This document shows, in pieces, positions 44,550 through 57,219 of a stretch of 64,000 nucleotides of DNA. The stretch is from Schmidtea polychroa (taxonomy: Eukaryota), in contig CM097887.1 in the NCBI GenBank assembly GCA_044892525.1, forward strand, positions 51,584,001 through 51,648,000. Direction: 5' to 3'. The notes beneath the pieces were generated by a model, which worked only from the letters and a program-made list of their open reading frames with translations, ran no database searches and was not told the origin of the DNA. Position 1 is the first letter of the stretch; every line of letters begins with the position of its first letter. The translations under genes and the position numbers were made by a program.

Positions 44550-46817
44550 CACCTATCCCCCGATTTACACGGTACTTGTTTTACACGTTTTCGCTTTTAC
44601 ACGGTTTTTCAAATAAGTTTTTTTTTGTTTTTATCGCACTCTACTAAATGCTACTGTGTTAGAACACGTGCGCTGTGTACACATCTCACGGGGAATCCCT
44701 AGCTTATGTGCTGACTTGCTGCACATGCACACTGTGTCTGTATTTCTTCGCATAAAATTAAAGTTTTAAAGTTTAAAGTGAGTGCATAATTTAGATTACA
44801 TATTATAAATTAACATAAATTAAAAACAATTATAGGCTTATAATGTCGAAAGAAGTTAAAAGAAAAGTTATTTCTTTAGAAACTAAAATCGAAATTTTGG
44901 ATCGCTTACGAAAGGGAGGTAGAGTAGTAGATGTTGCAAAATCATATAGCATGAACGAAGCTACAATAAGAACTATTAGAACAAATGAAAACACAATTAG
45001 AAAGAGTGTTGCAGCTGGCAATACCACGAGTATGGGCACAACATCATACACCAGAAATATCGCAATGGAAAAAATGGAGAAAGCGTTAATGCTTTGGATA
45101 GTACCCCTTGATACGGCCGCTAAAACAAATAAAGCAGTACGAATTTACGAAAAAATTGTAGAGCAATTCCCATCTTCTTCTTCAACTGAAAAGAAGCCAA
45201 ATTTTTTGGCAAGTCATGGCTGGTTCAAAAGATTTAAAATAAGACATTCTTTACACAGCTTAACATTAAAAGGTGAACTGGCTTCTGGCGACGTAGATGC
45301 AGCCCAAGAATATCCAGCAAATTTTGGAGAAATTATTAACGACAATTCATACACCTCTGATCAGCTTTTCAATGCTGATGAGTCAGGGTTATTCTGGAAA
45401 AAAATGCCTGAAAGGACTTATGTCTCAAAATTTCATAAATCGGCTAGTGGTCATAAAGCAGCAAAAGATCGCATAACAATTCTTTTCTGTAGCAATGCTT
45501 CAGGAGATTATATTATGAAACCATTAGTGATTAACAAATCAAAAGTGCCCCGTGCCTTTAAAGGAGTAAACATCAAAAATCTTCCCGTTTATTGGAGGGC
45601 TAATAAGAAAGCGTGGGTTACTGCTGCAATGTTGACTGAATGGTCTCATGAATGTTTTATCCCAGATGCCAAAAAATATTTAGGTTCAAAGGGATTGCCT
45701 TTTAAAGTGCTTTTGTTAATTGACAATGCGCCGGGTCACCCACAAGATCTAGAATATGAGAACTTTGAAGTAAAATTTTTACCAAAAAATAAAACTTCAT
45801 TATTACAACCATTGGACCAAGGCATAATTTCTACTTTTAAAGCTTTGTACATAAAACGAGCCTTTACATATATTTTGGAACAAATGGAGAAAAATGAATC
45901 TTTAACAGTTATTAGTGCTTGGAAAAATTTTACAATAATAGACTGTGTGAAGCATATCGCCTTATCATACACTGCGATTAAGCAAACAACGCTCAATAGC
46001 TGTTGAAAAAATTGTGGCCAAATGTAGTCAAAAATGAACATTCCATTTCAACGTTAAATGATGAATATTCGCAGATAGTACAGATGGCGCATTCATTGGA
46101 CGGAGAAGGTTTTGATGATTTTACTGATGATGATATCGCAGAGTTAATGGCTGATAAAGAACTAAGTGAGGATGATTTAGTTAACTTAGTTTGCGAAAGT
46201 GAGTCTGAAAAATCTGATGAAGAGGAATTAGTACCAGTAACATTCACTGCTAAAGTCATCCGCGAAGGACTCGCATTGGGGAGAAAGCTGGGTAATCATT
46301 TTATACAAAATGACACAAACGTAGAAAGGGCTTTACGATTCCAACGTGACATAAATCGCTGCTTGGCTCAATAAGAAGAAGTTTACAAAGATCTTACAAA
46401 AAATTCGAAGCAATTGTTAATAACCGATTTTATTACCACCTCTCAGAATGTAAATATTTCTGCTTCAAACATCGAATCGGCACAAATAACTTCGAGTGAT
46501 GAAAATGAATTCCAACCTTCGATTCCGAAAAAAAGAATGAGAGTAATTTCTGATAGTGATGAAGGATAATAAAACACCTTTGGTTTTATTTTTTGTTCTT
46601 CTGTTTAATGTATTGTAATTAAATAAAAAAACAGTGTTTCCGTAATATATTACATATTTTAACCTGTCAATGCATTTTATTTTTATTTCTGTGTACTCCT
46701 AAAAATATTGAAAAAAATCACAACTGTTAAATAGCAAAATTATGCATTTTCTGCAAGCTTTTCGATTTACACGGTTTTCTCAGGAACGTATCTACCGTGT
46801 AAATCGGGGGATAGGTG
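44550..46817 (+). mobile_element. Tigger/pogo-family DNA transposon nested in the Buster element
   Basis: Perfect 23-bp TIRs CACCTATCCCCCGATTTACACGG. TA TSD. Confidence 0.94.
44843..46571 (+). pseudogene. Tigger-like (CENP-B HTH plus DDE_1) transposase, disrupted
   Basis: 'KRKVISLETKIEILDRL', 'ASHGWFKRFK', 'FNADESGLFWKKMP', 'LLIDNAPGHP' and 'LQPLDQGII'. There is a 1-bp deletion at ~46005 (C-W-K-K-L-W-P) and a premature TAA at 46372. Confidence 0.9.
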
Positions 46818-48532
46818 TATAACTAAAACAACAATTTTTACAACTAACAATAACTTTTTATTAGTTTTTTTTATATATAAAAAATAAAAAATTAATGGCT
46901 ACAATGAGCCTGTTTGGCTGCAGCTAGAAGCTCAATCCTTGGCTTAATGGTGCTGCAAGCTAAAATTAAATCATTTTCAGGACATGTCCTATTTCGAATT
47001 TTATTTTTTTAATTCCGTTAAAACGGAAAAACTAGCCTCACACAAATACGTTGTTGGAAATGGTAAAAGTTCTATGAGAGCTGCATTTCTCAATTCGATG
47101 TATTCATTTTTAATTTTTTGCAAAAAAGTTGACACAATTTTTTCCATTTTCACTGTGGAATCCACAGAAAGCTCCATTAAGTTTTTCTTTCATGACAATT
47201 GAAATTCCGGCTTCTTCAATAAATTTATCATTGAAGGGATTTATAACACAAAGATTTTTATTATATATTTTATTTTTATTATATATATTTTTAAATATAT
47301 TGTTCGAAAATTAATTCTAAATTTTTTAAATGTGTGATTATTGTCCATTTCAAATTTTCACTTAAAACAATTTCATTTTATTCTATAAAGTTAATAAGCT
47401 GTGGAAATCATGTAAAATTTCCATTTTTTACCACATTTGTCTTCCACAACAATATTTTTTTCTTGAATGTATTTACTTTATCACGTGTTCTGAATATATT
47501 TGAATTAACTCTCTGTAATTGAAGATTTAGGTCGTTATGTTTATCGAAAACACCACAGAGATATGCCAATTTACAAAGCAATATTTCGTTTTCGAAATAT
47601 TGTGCATAATCGGAGTTTATTTCTCTTAGGAACATGACAATCTCTGCTCTTAGTGTAAAAACTCGATTCAATGCTTTTCCACGTGACAGCCAGCGAATCT
47701 CTGCGTGAAGTAATAATGTAGTGAAAATAGATCCCATATCAAGGCATAAAAAAGGCGCGAATTCAGCGATCTTGATTTTATTAAGTTTACTACTTTAACA
47801 CTTATTTTTAAGACAGAATTTAAATCTTCATTTAATTGCTTCGCAGCTAATACTTTTCGATGTATAATACAATCCACTTTATTGAAGAATTCACACGTTG
47901 TATTCGAGACTTAAGTCCACTTTTGTGACCTAACATAGATGCTGCTCCATCTGTGCAGACTGACACACACTATTTCCATGATAAACCATTTTTTTCAATT
48001 TGTTCAGGTCTGGTGATTTCCCCAAAATTGTAATTAGGTTAGCAAATAATCACACCAAATGTAATATTTTCTGCAAAAAGATTTTGAAAGCACTATTGAT
48101 ATTATTTCGTAGCAAAGAAGTTTATAACACAAACTCAACGTGCAGAAACGTTCAATGACAGCGTATCATTACAAAATATTTTTTATATTTAAAAAAATAT
48201 ATATTCTTAATCTACCCGTTACATATTAAATCACATTCTTCGTAATTTTATTTAATTTTTCCATTTTTGCATGAATTTACAATTTTCTTAGCAAAAATAT
48301 TTTTTCTAATATTATTTTATTGAAGTGCCCTTAACATTTGTACGCGTACCCCACTTTGAGAAACACTGTATTATATGACTGCAAATTTTCATGAAAAACA
48401 AAAATGTAAATTGGTATAAGTTCTCAAGAAATTTTCAGTATAATCACCAATAAACCCTCGTATCGTAAATTTCCAAGTATCAAAGACAAGTATCAAAGAC
48501 TAAGGCCACCACATTCTCAAACAAAATTCACC

Positions 48533-49360
48533 GGAATAATCCTATTACACACTGTTTAATTAAGAACAAACTGTTTTAATTTATTATTTAATATTAATTT
48601 AATATTTAACCAAATTATTTATTTAAAATAAAAATGCCGCGAATCCAAAATATAACAAAACTTACGGAATTAATATACAACGATGAAGAGCTAATTGCAA
48701 CCAGATTTAAATCCGACAGTCTTTATGATGACTTGAAAAAATCCAAACTTGAAGTATTAGAATTTGTGGCTAGCTTAGGACTTATTAAAAATACCATGGA
48801 TTGTGAAATGTGCAATGCACACATGAAGTTAGTAAAAGCGAAAAGGCTAGTTGATGGTTATGTGTGGAGCTGCACACTCCCATGCCGAAAATCAACTTCT
48901 GTGCGATTCGACTCAATATTTTTCGATAGCAAGTTACCGCTAAAAGATTTGTTGATGACTATATTTTTTTGGTCAAAAAATCAACAACAAGATGAAATTT
49001 CTAATGATTTGACTTTAAATAAAAATACATTGGTCGAAAAATGTAAAGATCTTCGTGAATTGTGTGCGATGGGTTTGGAGGGATTCAACGATGTATTGGG
49101 GGGTATTGATGCGGACGGATCGAAAAAATTATATTTAGCGGGTTATTTAAGTGAGTTTTTGTTTCGTCGGAAGTGTGATAAGTTTAAGGTCTTCAATGAG
49201 ATTCTGCTGGTCATCCGGAAATGGTGGTAAATTATATTTAGGTTATTACTTGTGTATTATAATTTATAATTTGTATTATAATTTGCAATAAATATTAAAA
49301 CAGTTTGTTTTAAATAAAACAGTTTGTTTTTAATTAAACAGTTTATAATAGGATTATGCC
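48533..49360 (+). mobile_element. Merlin (IS1016/ISXO2-related) element, internally deleted
   Basis: TIRs GGAATAATCCTATTA.../...TAATAGGATTATGCC. 8-bp TSD AATTCACC on both sides. Confidence 0.88.
48634..49230 (+). CDS. Merlin transposase lacking the catalytic core (in-frame deletion)
   Basis: Zn ribbon 'CEMCNAHM...DGYVWSC..PCRKSTSVR.DSIF' and an HTH, then a direct jump from 'VLGG' to the C-terminal 'YLSEFLFRR'. Confidence 0.75.
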   Translation: MPRIQNITKLTELIYNDEELIATRFKSDSLYDDLKKSKLEVLEFVASLGLIKNTMDCEMCNAHMKLVKAKRLVDGYVWSCTLPCRKSTSVRFDSIFFDSKLPLKDLLMTIFFWSKNQQQDEISNDLTLNKNTLVEKCKDLRELCAMGLEGFNDVLGGIDADGSKKLYLAGYLSEFLFRRKCDKFKVFNEILLVIRKWW

Positions 49361-51921
49361 AATTCACCTTAAACCTTTGGTGAATGAAATTTAATATGTA
49401 AAAACTTTTGAATGTAATTAATAAATCTTTTTGATGGTGTTCCTTATTTATTTATATAAGTGACCAAAGTTGAAAATTTGAAACCTCAACAAGATATTTC
49501 AGATGAAAATTTTATCTAATTAACAGACGTTATTCGTAAAATTAAACATATATAAAAAATTAAAAATTAAAAAAAAACTCTTTTTCAAAGGGTGGAAAAC
49601 TCGATGAGATATTGACATAATGAATTGACAAATTTAAAATAATATATTTGTTTCATGAAAGTTTTTTGATTTTCAAAAAAACATTTCAATTGAAAAAGTA
49701 AGAGAATTTATGAGAGGAATTTCAACATAATTTACCTCATTAATTCAGTTTATATCGTCAATTTTCTAAATTAATCCAAAATGAGAAAAAGGCGATTAAA
49801 ATATGAAATTTAATGAATTTAATTTATTTTGAAAAAATTAATTATATTAAATTAAAATAACAAAATTTATTAAAAATTTTATATTATCTGAAAAAACATC
49901 TTCTTTCAGGATAACCAAATACAAAATTACTCTAAAAGGTTAATAAACCATTCAAACATATATTACAAAATTATAAAAATTTAGTTGAAATTTTTAAAAA
50001 GTTTATTGAAATAAACTTTTTAAAAATCGAATTAAATCGAATTTATTATTTAAAAAAAATAAATTCGATTTTTGGCATTTCTAATTTAATGATACAATTT
50101 AAATTTAAAATGTTGATTCCAAAACTATCACTACAAATGGATTAGAAAAATATGGATAAATAACTTCACGTGAAGCATTGATGAATAGGCTCACTAAAAA
50201 TGAAATGAAATAAAAATACAGTTTTTTGTATATATTTGAGATTCACACAAGATTTTTGTAGTTACAACATTTATCAGGAAGTATGTTATGTATTCCTAAT
50301 GAACATAATCTTTAGAAAGAAAAACTTTATTAATGACTTCTTAAAATGGTTATGTAGGGGTTATTTCAAGGGTTTCTGGAGAATTTTCAAAGTTGAGAAC
50401 CGCTGTATTAGATAAATAGTTAACTATGATCCATTTTTGACTGTATTGGGTTATTGCTAATGTGTTTAAGAAAATTAATAATTGAATAATGAACTCGTAA
50501 TTTGTTGAATTTTCATAATTTTCGTAATTTATAAGGAACTTGAGCTATACCTAAATATAAGAATTTATTGCTAAAATTTTTTAAAACTATTAGGGGTAAG
50601 AATTTCTACAAAGTTATTTTTTTATTTTTTGTTACAATAAAGTGAGCTCTTTCAAAAAAGAGGTATAGAGAAGTAAGTCAATGTAGTGTTCTAATGGACT
50701 TACTTCCATCTACTATCATTATCCATAAAATGTATATACAAAATAAAAACATAGACCATTACTTTAATGGATATGTTACAAAGAATTCAATAAATGGACT
50801 AGATTTCCTTGTTTTCTTAATACTTAAAGAGAAAAGTTCTTGTAAGCTTTGCTAAATAACTATACCTTAGTAAACATGAGAAGTTAGCAAAAAAAAGTTA
50901 AATCAAAAGCGTATTTGGATTTACTCAATTGGATCTACCTGTCAAATTGTCAATATGCGAACATGTTCGGAAATGCCCACCGAAACATGTCGTGATCAGA
51001 CCGATCCCAAATCCCTATATCCAAACAATTGCTAATCCTGCTTATCAAAATACCAGCCTTAAAAAACCACGATTAACGATTGAACTTTTGCTTGATCGTC
51101 TGAAGATGTTTCAAATAAAAGCTTTAGAAAAAATAAGGTTGAGAATCTCTCCCCTTCGGTCTTAATCTGTCAGTTGGATTTATTAAAATAAAATTTGGTT
51201 TTTTGTTATTTTACAACCTATTTCTTATAACTTTCAATGACACAATTAACTTAAAGTGAATACTTTTTTAAAATAAATATAAAGTATTATGAGAAGTTTT
51301 TCATAAGCTGTTGCAAAATAAGGTTCGAGGCTCATTTTTATTACCAAACCGATAAACCTTTAATAGAACTGTTCTATTGTTCAAAATGTTATGGTTATTC
51401 CTCAAATTGTGAGATTAAGAACTAAAAGAAAATCATGACTATAGCTAGTATTTCAACAATTTTAGTTCAGTCTATATAGTCAAAACACGAAACTCGTGCA
51501 AGCCAAACTCGTGAAATCATTTAATTATCCAAAGAATAATATCGTTTAGCTGAATAAGTTAACCACGTTTACTACTTCATTATCGATGAAATTTCTTTTA
51601 ATGCAAGGTTAACTTGCAAATGAGGAAAGATACTAGCGAAACCAGTTATAATTCCAAAAAGTACGAGCTCAGAGCGTAAAAAAATTACATAATGTTATCC
51701 AAAGAATAATATCGTTCATTTCCGGTAACAGATATCAAGCTGGTTTGAATTTGGATAAATCAAGTTTTTGACAAACCTATTTCGAAGACGAGTTAAATTT
51801 TGAAATTCATCCATTCAAAATGACATTATACTTATTTGTCTTTTAGTTTTGAATATAAATCTTAAAACTAAAATCATTAAATACTACATTAAAATAATAC
51901 TTAGGGGATTTATCCGCTATG

Positions 51922-52251
51922 AGGCCGTCCATAAAGTACGGCACGCTATTTTTGATCATTTTGAACATCCTTCCTCCCAATGTCACAGATCTCGGACCCG
52001 TTCCATCCCATGTCACAAACTCTCACAAATCTCGGGCCCCTCCACTAAAGTACATCACACTTTCAAGAAAAATGTTTTTTAATTAACACCTAATTAAAAT
52101 TAGTTCTAAATATTTTACTAAAATAATTAGAAAAAAATTTTTTAATGTTTGACGTCACACATAGCTTGAACCGCCACCTCCACCTGTCATAACCATCACA
52201 TTTTCTTACACACCCCTCCCTGGAGAGTGACGTACTTTATGGAGTGCACCT
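51922..52251. mobile_element. MITE with TCCATAAAGTACG TIRs (PIF/Harbinger-like)
   Basis: TCCATAAAGTACGGCAC pairs with GTGACGTACTTTATGGA. The superfamily assignment is tentative. Confidence 0.6.
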
Positions 52252-52777
52252 AAACTATTACTCTTCAAATCAATAAATTATGTTAATGTTTAATAAATAT
52301 TAATAATAATAAATAATCAATATTATTCCGAATAGTAAAAAAATAAAAATTGAAAAGTTTATTTAAATTACAAACAACATTTTAATGGTCTTCATAATCT
52401 TCTAAAATCGATTCTAAATGAGCATTTGATTTCAATTTTACTTTCCTCTTTCGTTTGTTTCCACTGGGACGTTTCAAGAGATTCGTGTTAGATATTTGAC
52501 TGACTCCACTGATTATACCAAATTCATGATGCTTTAGAAATTCTTCAATTTTTTGATTGGGAACCGTATCGACATTTATTGTATGGAATATCTGACGAAA
52601 GCGATCTAAATTGTGAACTTAAGATAAAAATTTGTTCACTTAATTATAATTTGATCTTTTTAATAATAATAATCTTTATAATGAATTTCCTTTTTGAAAG
52701 CCATCTTACTTCAGTGTTAAGTAACAGCCTAATGTGGCCCGCATTTTGTTCTTCACAAAATAATTTGAAGAGACGCT

Positions 52778-53489
52778 AGTAGTATGATGTAAGGACTCCA
52801 ACCCACTTTCAAGGTCATCCCAATGTCCAGATCAAATAAAGGTCAATTGAATCATTTTATTTAATTCTATTTAATTTTTAATTTTAGTAATTAATTATTT
52901 TATTGTTTTTATTTTAATTACTTACTTCAGTTAATTTTTAATTTATTACATTTAATTAATTATTTTATTAATATTTTATTTTAATTACTTACGTTATTTA
53001 ATTAATTTTTTTTGGTTTATCTCTTAATAAATTTTAATTATTATTAATATTATTATATTACTTTTTTTTCTGAAAAATTAATGCTCTTTCTATTTAAAAT
53101 TATCACAGCTTTATTTTATAATAATTCTAATAATTACTAATTAAAATTTTGTAAAAATTGAAATATTATTGTTAGAATATATGAAATGTAAATGTAAGAT
53201 AATAATAATAAAATAATAAAATATTAATAAATAAATATAATAATAATAATTAAAATTTATTAAGAGATAAACCTAAAATAAAATTAATTAAATAACGTAA
53301 GTAATTAAAAATTAACTAAAGTAAGTAATTAAAATAAAAACAATAGAATAATTAATTAATAAAATTAAAAATTAAATAGAAGAAATTAAATAAAATTAAA
53401 AAAAAAATAAAATGATTCAATTGACCTATATCTGATCTGGACATTTGGATGATCTTGAAAGTGGGTTGGAGTCCTTACATCATACTACT
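52778..53489. mobile_element. 712-bp foldback made almost entirely of long TIRs, with Maverick/Polinton-like termini
   Basis: ~280-bp inverted repeats starting AGTAGTATG and ending CATACTACT. 6-bp direct repeat GACGCT on both sides (52772, 53490). Confidence 0.75.
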
Positions 53490-53599
53490 GACGCTGACAT
53501 TTGGTACTAGTTTTTATCTTTTTGATACACTTTGATACACGGAATTTAGTACCTTATTTAGAATAGGCGAAATGTTTTTTCACTACCAAGTTTACCCTG

Positions 53600-54092
53600 T
53601 GAATAATACAATACACCACAGTCATTTCTGGATTCTTGTCTTTCATTAATTTTAAGCAACCTTTTTCTTGCCCATCATATTGGGAGCACCATCTGCAGCA
53701 CAAGATATTATATTTTTTACAGGTATATTTTTAATATCTAAGTGTTCTTTTAGCTTATTAAATATATATTTGGAGGTAGTGGTGCTTTCTAATGATTTGC
53801 AGAATAAAATGTCTTCGTCAAATTCACCTTTATCAATATACTTTACGTAAGCTAGCAACAAGGCTTCACTGTCTCTCAAAGTTCATTTTTCCATTTGTAG
53901 TGAAAATTCTCATGTTTTCAACATTTTCAATCAATTCGTCTATTCTTTGTTACGAGTGTAGCCAAATTAAGTAGCTGTCAAACTTCGATAATCAGTATTG
54001 CTAGTATTCAAAAATAACGGTCGATGAAATTGCTGCATGCACGTAGACGTATCCCACCTCTGAGGCGTCATGCCCCACCGTGGGAAACACTG
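53600..54092 (-). mobile_element. Buster-type hAT remnant (one end plus transposase fragment)
   Basis: 'LLAYVKYID...EDILFCKSL...IISCAADGAPNMMGKK'. Terminus CAGTGTTTCCCA at 54092. Confidence 0.8.
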
Positions 54093-55305
54093 GAAGAAAA
54101 TTTGATATAAATAGCCATCAATAAATCATTTGTTATGAAAAATTTTATTAGTTATCAATAAATTATCTCTTCACAATAAATCTTAATTACTATCAATTCA
54201 TATCAATCATATTCAACTATTTTAGAATTTCTATAACATTTTTTGAAAATAATTTTCTTCTAACCCAAAGAATTTTTCAAATCTTTTAAATGTGTAAAAT
54301 GAATACCATGAAGTAATCTTCCAAATAAATTTTCTTTAGTTGAAAAATAAATTCGGAATTCTAAGGTTTAATGATTTTCGCAGATTTCAACTAGTTGAAA
54401 AGGAATTAGGAATTTTATTTAATTGAAGAAATTAAAGACTGGAACCAAACTTTCAATCTGTTTCAGTGTAACAAAGCGAATGGAACATGGATAAAATCTG
54501 ACGAAGAACTGTGATAATTCACTAATGGTGTCTATATCAAGACAAAATTATGAAACAAGACCAACAATCAAAAACTACATACGTCAAAAAAGTCATCAAT
54601 TATAAAATCCATAAATAAGCGCGCCCTAAAATATTTGGGATTTTTAAAAGAATGGAAAAAATATGAGCCACATATGTGCATCGATTGGACGACTTTCAGC
54701 ATACCACATCTCCCCTCGGTTATCACTCTGATATTTTAAGAAACGCAAGTCTAAACTGAGAATTATAGTTTATTCGTCAAATAGTCATCTAATAGTTATA
54801 ATGAAAAGTTAATCGAATTAAGCCAGGGGGCTTCCATGTGATTTGATAAATTGGAAAATGATATAAAATTTTAGAATTAATTTTTCAAATGAAGACTATA
54901 ATCACAAAACCCTGGGAAAAATGCCTATATAAATTAATTGATAAAATTTTAGGAGAAATTCTGGAAAATTGTAGTTTTGGAATTTTCGGTGATTTATAAA
55001 ATCTAATTAGAAAAAAAGAATTTATTTGAGGTATATTTTATATTTGAATTGTAATTTGAAAATTTTTTAAATTTATTAATTGAAATTCATTTTTTATTTA
55101 TGAAAACTTGATAGAAACAAGGATTATGTTTCATTAAAATATCGTAACAGAACTCATTTTACGAAAGATTAGTACATACCCCAATCAACGTCAATGTCAT
55201 CTTAAGTCATAATAAAATTCAAAAGGTCGTTTTAAAGCCAAAGAAGTTGATGAAAAGACCAAGCTCTATTTTAAGTCATTCAAGGGTTGGAATTATGGTT
55301 TAAGG

Positions 55306-55917
55306 CAGCCCTGGATTTACAAATAGACACACTAGGTACAAGCTTAGGGCGGCAAATTTAAGGGGTGGTAAAAAATTAACATGTAATCGATAAATAAAAT
55401 TTCAAATTTTTAAAATAAAATTTCAAATTTTTAAAAAAAAATTTTTCGTTTCTCTAGGATTAAATATTTTAAAAATGAATGTATAGAAAATGTTTATAAT
55501 GTCAATTCTTCATTTTAAACAGCTTTTACTGAAAAGTGATATATCTGAATATGAAATAAGCATCGCAAATCAGTACAATTTTTTATTTATAAAAAAATAT
55601 AATAACGTTTTCGAAATTTGGAAATCAAGTTCTGCTGAAAGATCCTTTTCTTGTTTAAAAAGAATAAAAAGCTATCTTCGTTCACAAATGAAATAAACAA
55701 AATTAAATTACATTTCGATTATGCACATCAAACACGAAGTTTTAGAGAAAATTGAGTTTGAAGAGATAATTAATACATTTGTAAATCAAAAAATTAGAAA
55801 GAAAATATAAATATATTAAAATCATTAAATAATACAAAATTCTTTTTATTTAAATTCAAATTACACTAAAATTATTATAAAGTGCCTAGGGGCGGCACAT
55901 TATTAAATCCGCCGCTG
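55306..55917 (+). mobile_element. Non-autonomous hAT with dimerisation-domain remnant
   Basis: TIRs CAGCCCTGGATTTA / TAAATCCGCCGCTG. 8-bp TSD GTTTAAGG. 'SSAERSFSCLKRIKSYLRSQM'. Confidence 0.88.
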
Positions 55918-56314
55918 GTTTAAGGTAAGTTAAATTTAAGAGACAGTATTCTCTCGCTAAAAAATTCAGTGCTGCAGTGTATAACAGGTTTATTTTTCAA
56001 AATCACACTATAGTATCTTAGGCCTCAGGATTTTTTGTACATAGAATCCAGCTCTCGTTAAAAATCCTAAATATTTTTTAGGTTTCGGATATTTTGTGTA
56101 GGAATTTATGTTAATATATTTTGAAGAATCCAGGTCTTATGATAAATTAGGGTAATAATTTAGAAAGTAGAGTAAATTTAAGTAATAATTCAAAATAAGT
56201 AAAAAATTTTAAATCGAATTTAAGAATCGATGTCCACTCAAAATTTTAAAAAAGTAAAGAAATTTTTATGAAATAAATTTTTGTGAATAATAATAATAAT
56301 AATAGTAATAGTAA

Positions 56315-56485
56315 GTACCTACAACCAGTTACTAACCATTTAGTTATAACCACCAGATAGCAACAACTAGGTGTACTAACAACCGGTTAAAATAACCAAA
56401 TACTAATGACCAAGTACCAACAACCAGTTACTAAGTACTTACAAACAAATATTAATAACCAAGTACTAACAACCAAGTACCAACC
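56315..56485 (+). repeat. Degenerate minisatellite (TACTAACAACCAAG-like)
   Basis: About 10 imperfect copies are visible. Confidence 0.65.
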
Positions 56486-57219
56486 TATTTTCATTATGTA
56501 AGCAACTTCATTCACTACACAACCCTTTCTATTCACTAAGCATCATATTCTATATTCTATACTACCTACTAATGTAGGATAATGGATGTAAGAAACCATT
56601 GTCTGATGAAGATTTACATTACTAGCTTCGTAATTTATTACAGTAACTAAATATATCGGAACAACAGTTAATTTATTCGAATTAAATAAATGTATAAAAA
56701 ATTATGGACAAATAGGAAATATCATAATAGAGTTACGAACAATTATGTTTTACTCAATCAATTAAATAATAGCGAGTTGGATTTCCCAATGAAGCTCTGC
56801 AATATTTGCAAGTTCGAAGAACAAAAAACTGATTGACAATTAATGTATTTGGATATTATAGTAGTAATGTGGGAAACAATGAAGATGACGATGATGGTAT
56901 GGCTTTTAAGCACCCTCATTAGGATATTATCTACCAAATAAAAATAATAGGGGTTACACCTATTTATTTATTATTGTTGGAGGAACGTGAAAACTTCCAC
57001 TATGAAAGTGTAGAATTCACGTTTAAGTTAAAACGGAAAATTGATAATAAACATTTAAATTAATAATTAAACCAGCATTGAAATCAACATCAAAATTAAA
57101 AGAAAAGCCTCGAAGATGTTTGTTTCAATATTACGAAAAAAACGCAGTTTTGTGAATAGAATAGATTTTATAATTTTTTAATGGATACCGAAAATGAATT
57201 TTATGTCGTTGCTGCTAAC

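Larger units (their letters stand above)
44501..48368 (-). mobile_element. hAT Buster/Charlie element with decayed transposase, hosting a Tigger insertion
   Basis: Perfect 14-bp TIR CAGTGTTTCTCAAA. TSD TATTAGAT / TATTATAT (1 mismatch). Minus-strand fragments 'VCTDGAASMLGHKSG', 'CIIHRKVLAAK' and 'LLLHAEIRWLSRGKALNRVF' (47400-48000). Confidence 0.9.

Noticed and set aside
50370-50413. hAT-like end (GTTGAGAACCGCTG) followed by TATTAGAT, the same 8-mer as the TSD at 44493
   Set aside because: No matching left TIR was found after 48376, so a second tandem insertion cannot be supported. It may only reflect target preference.
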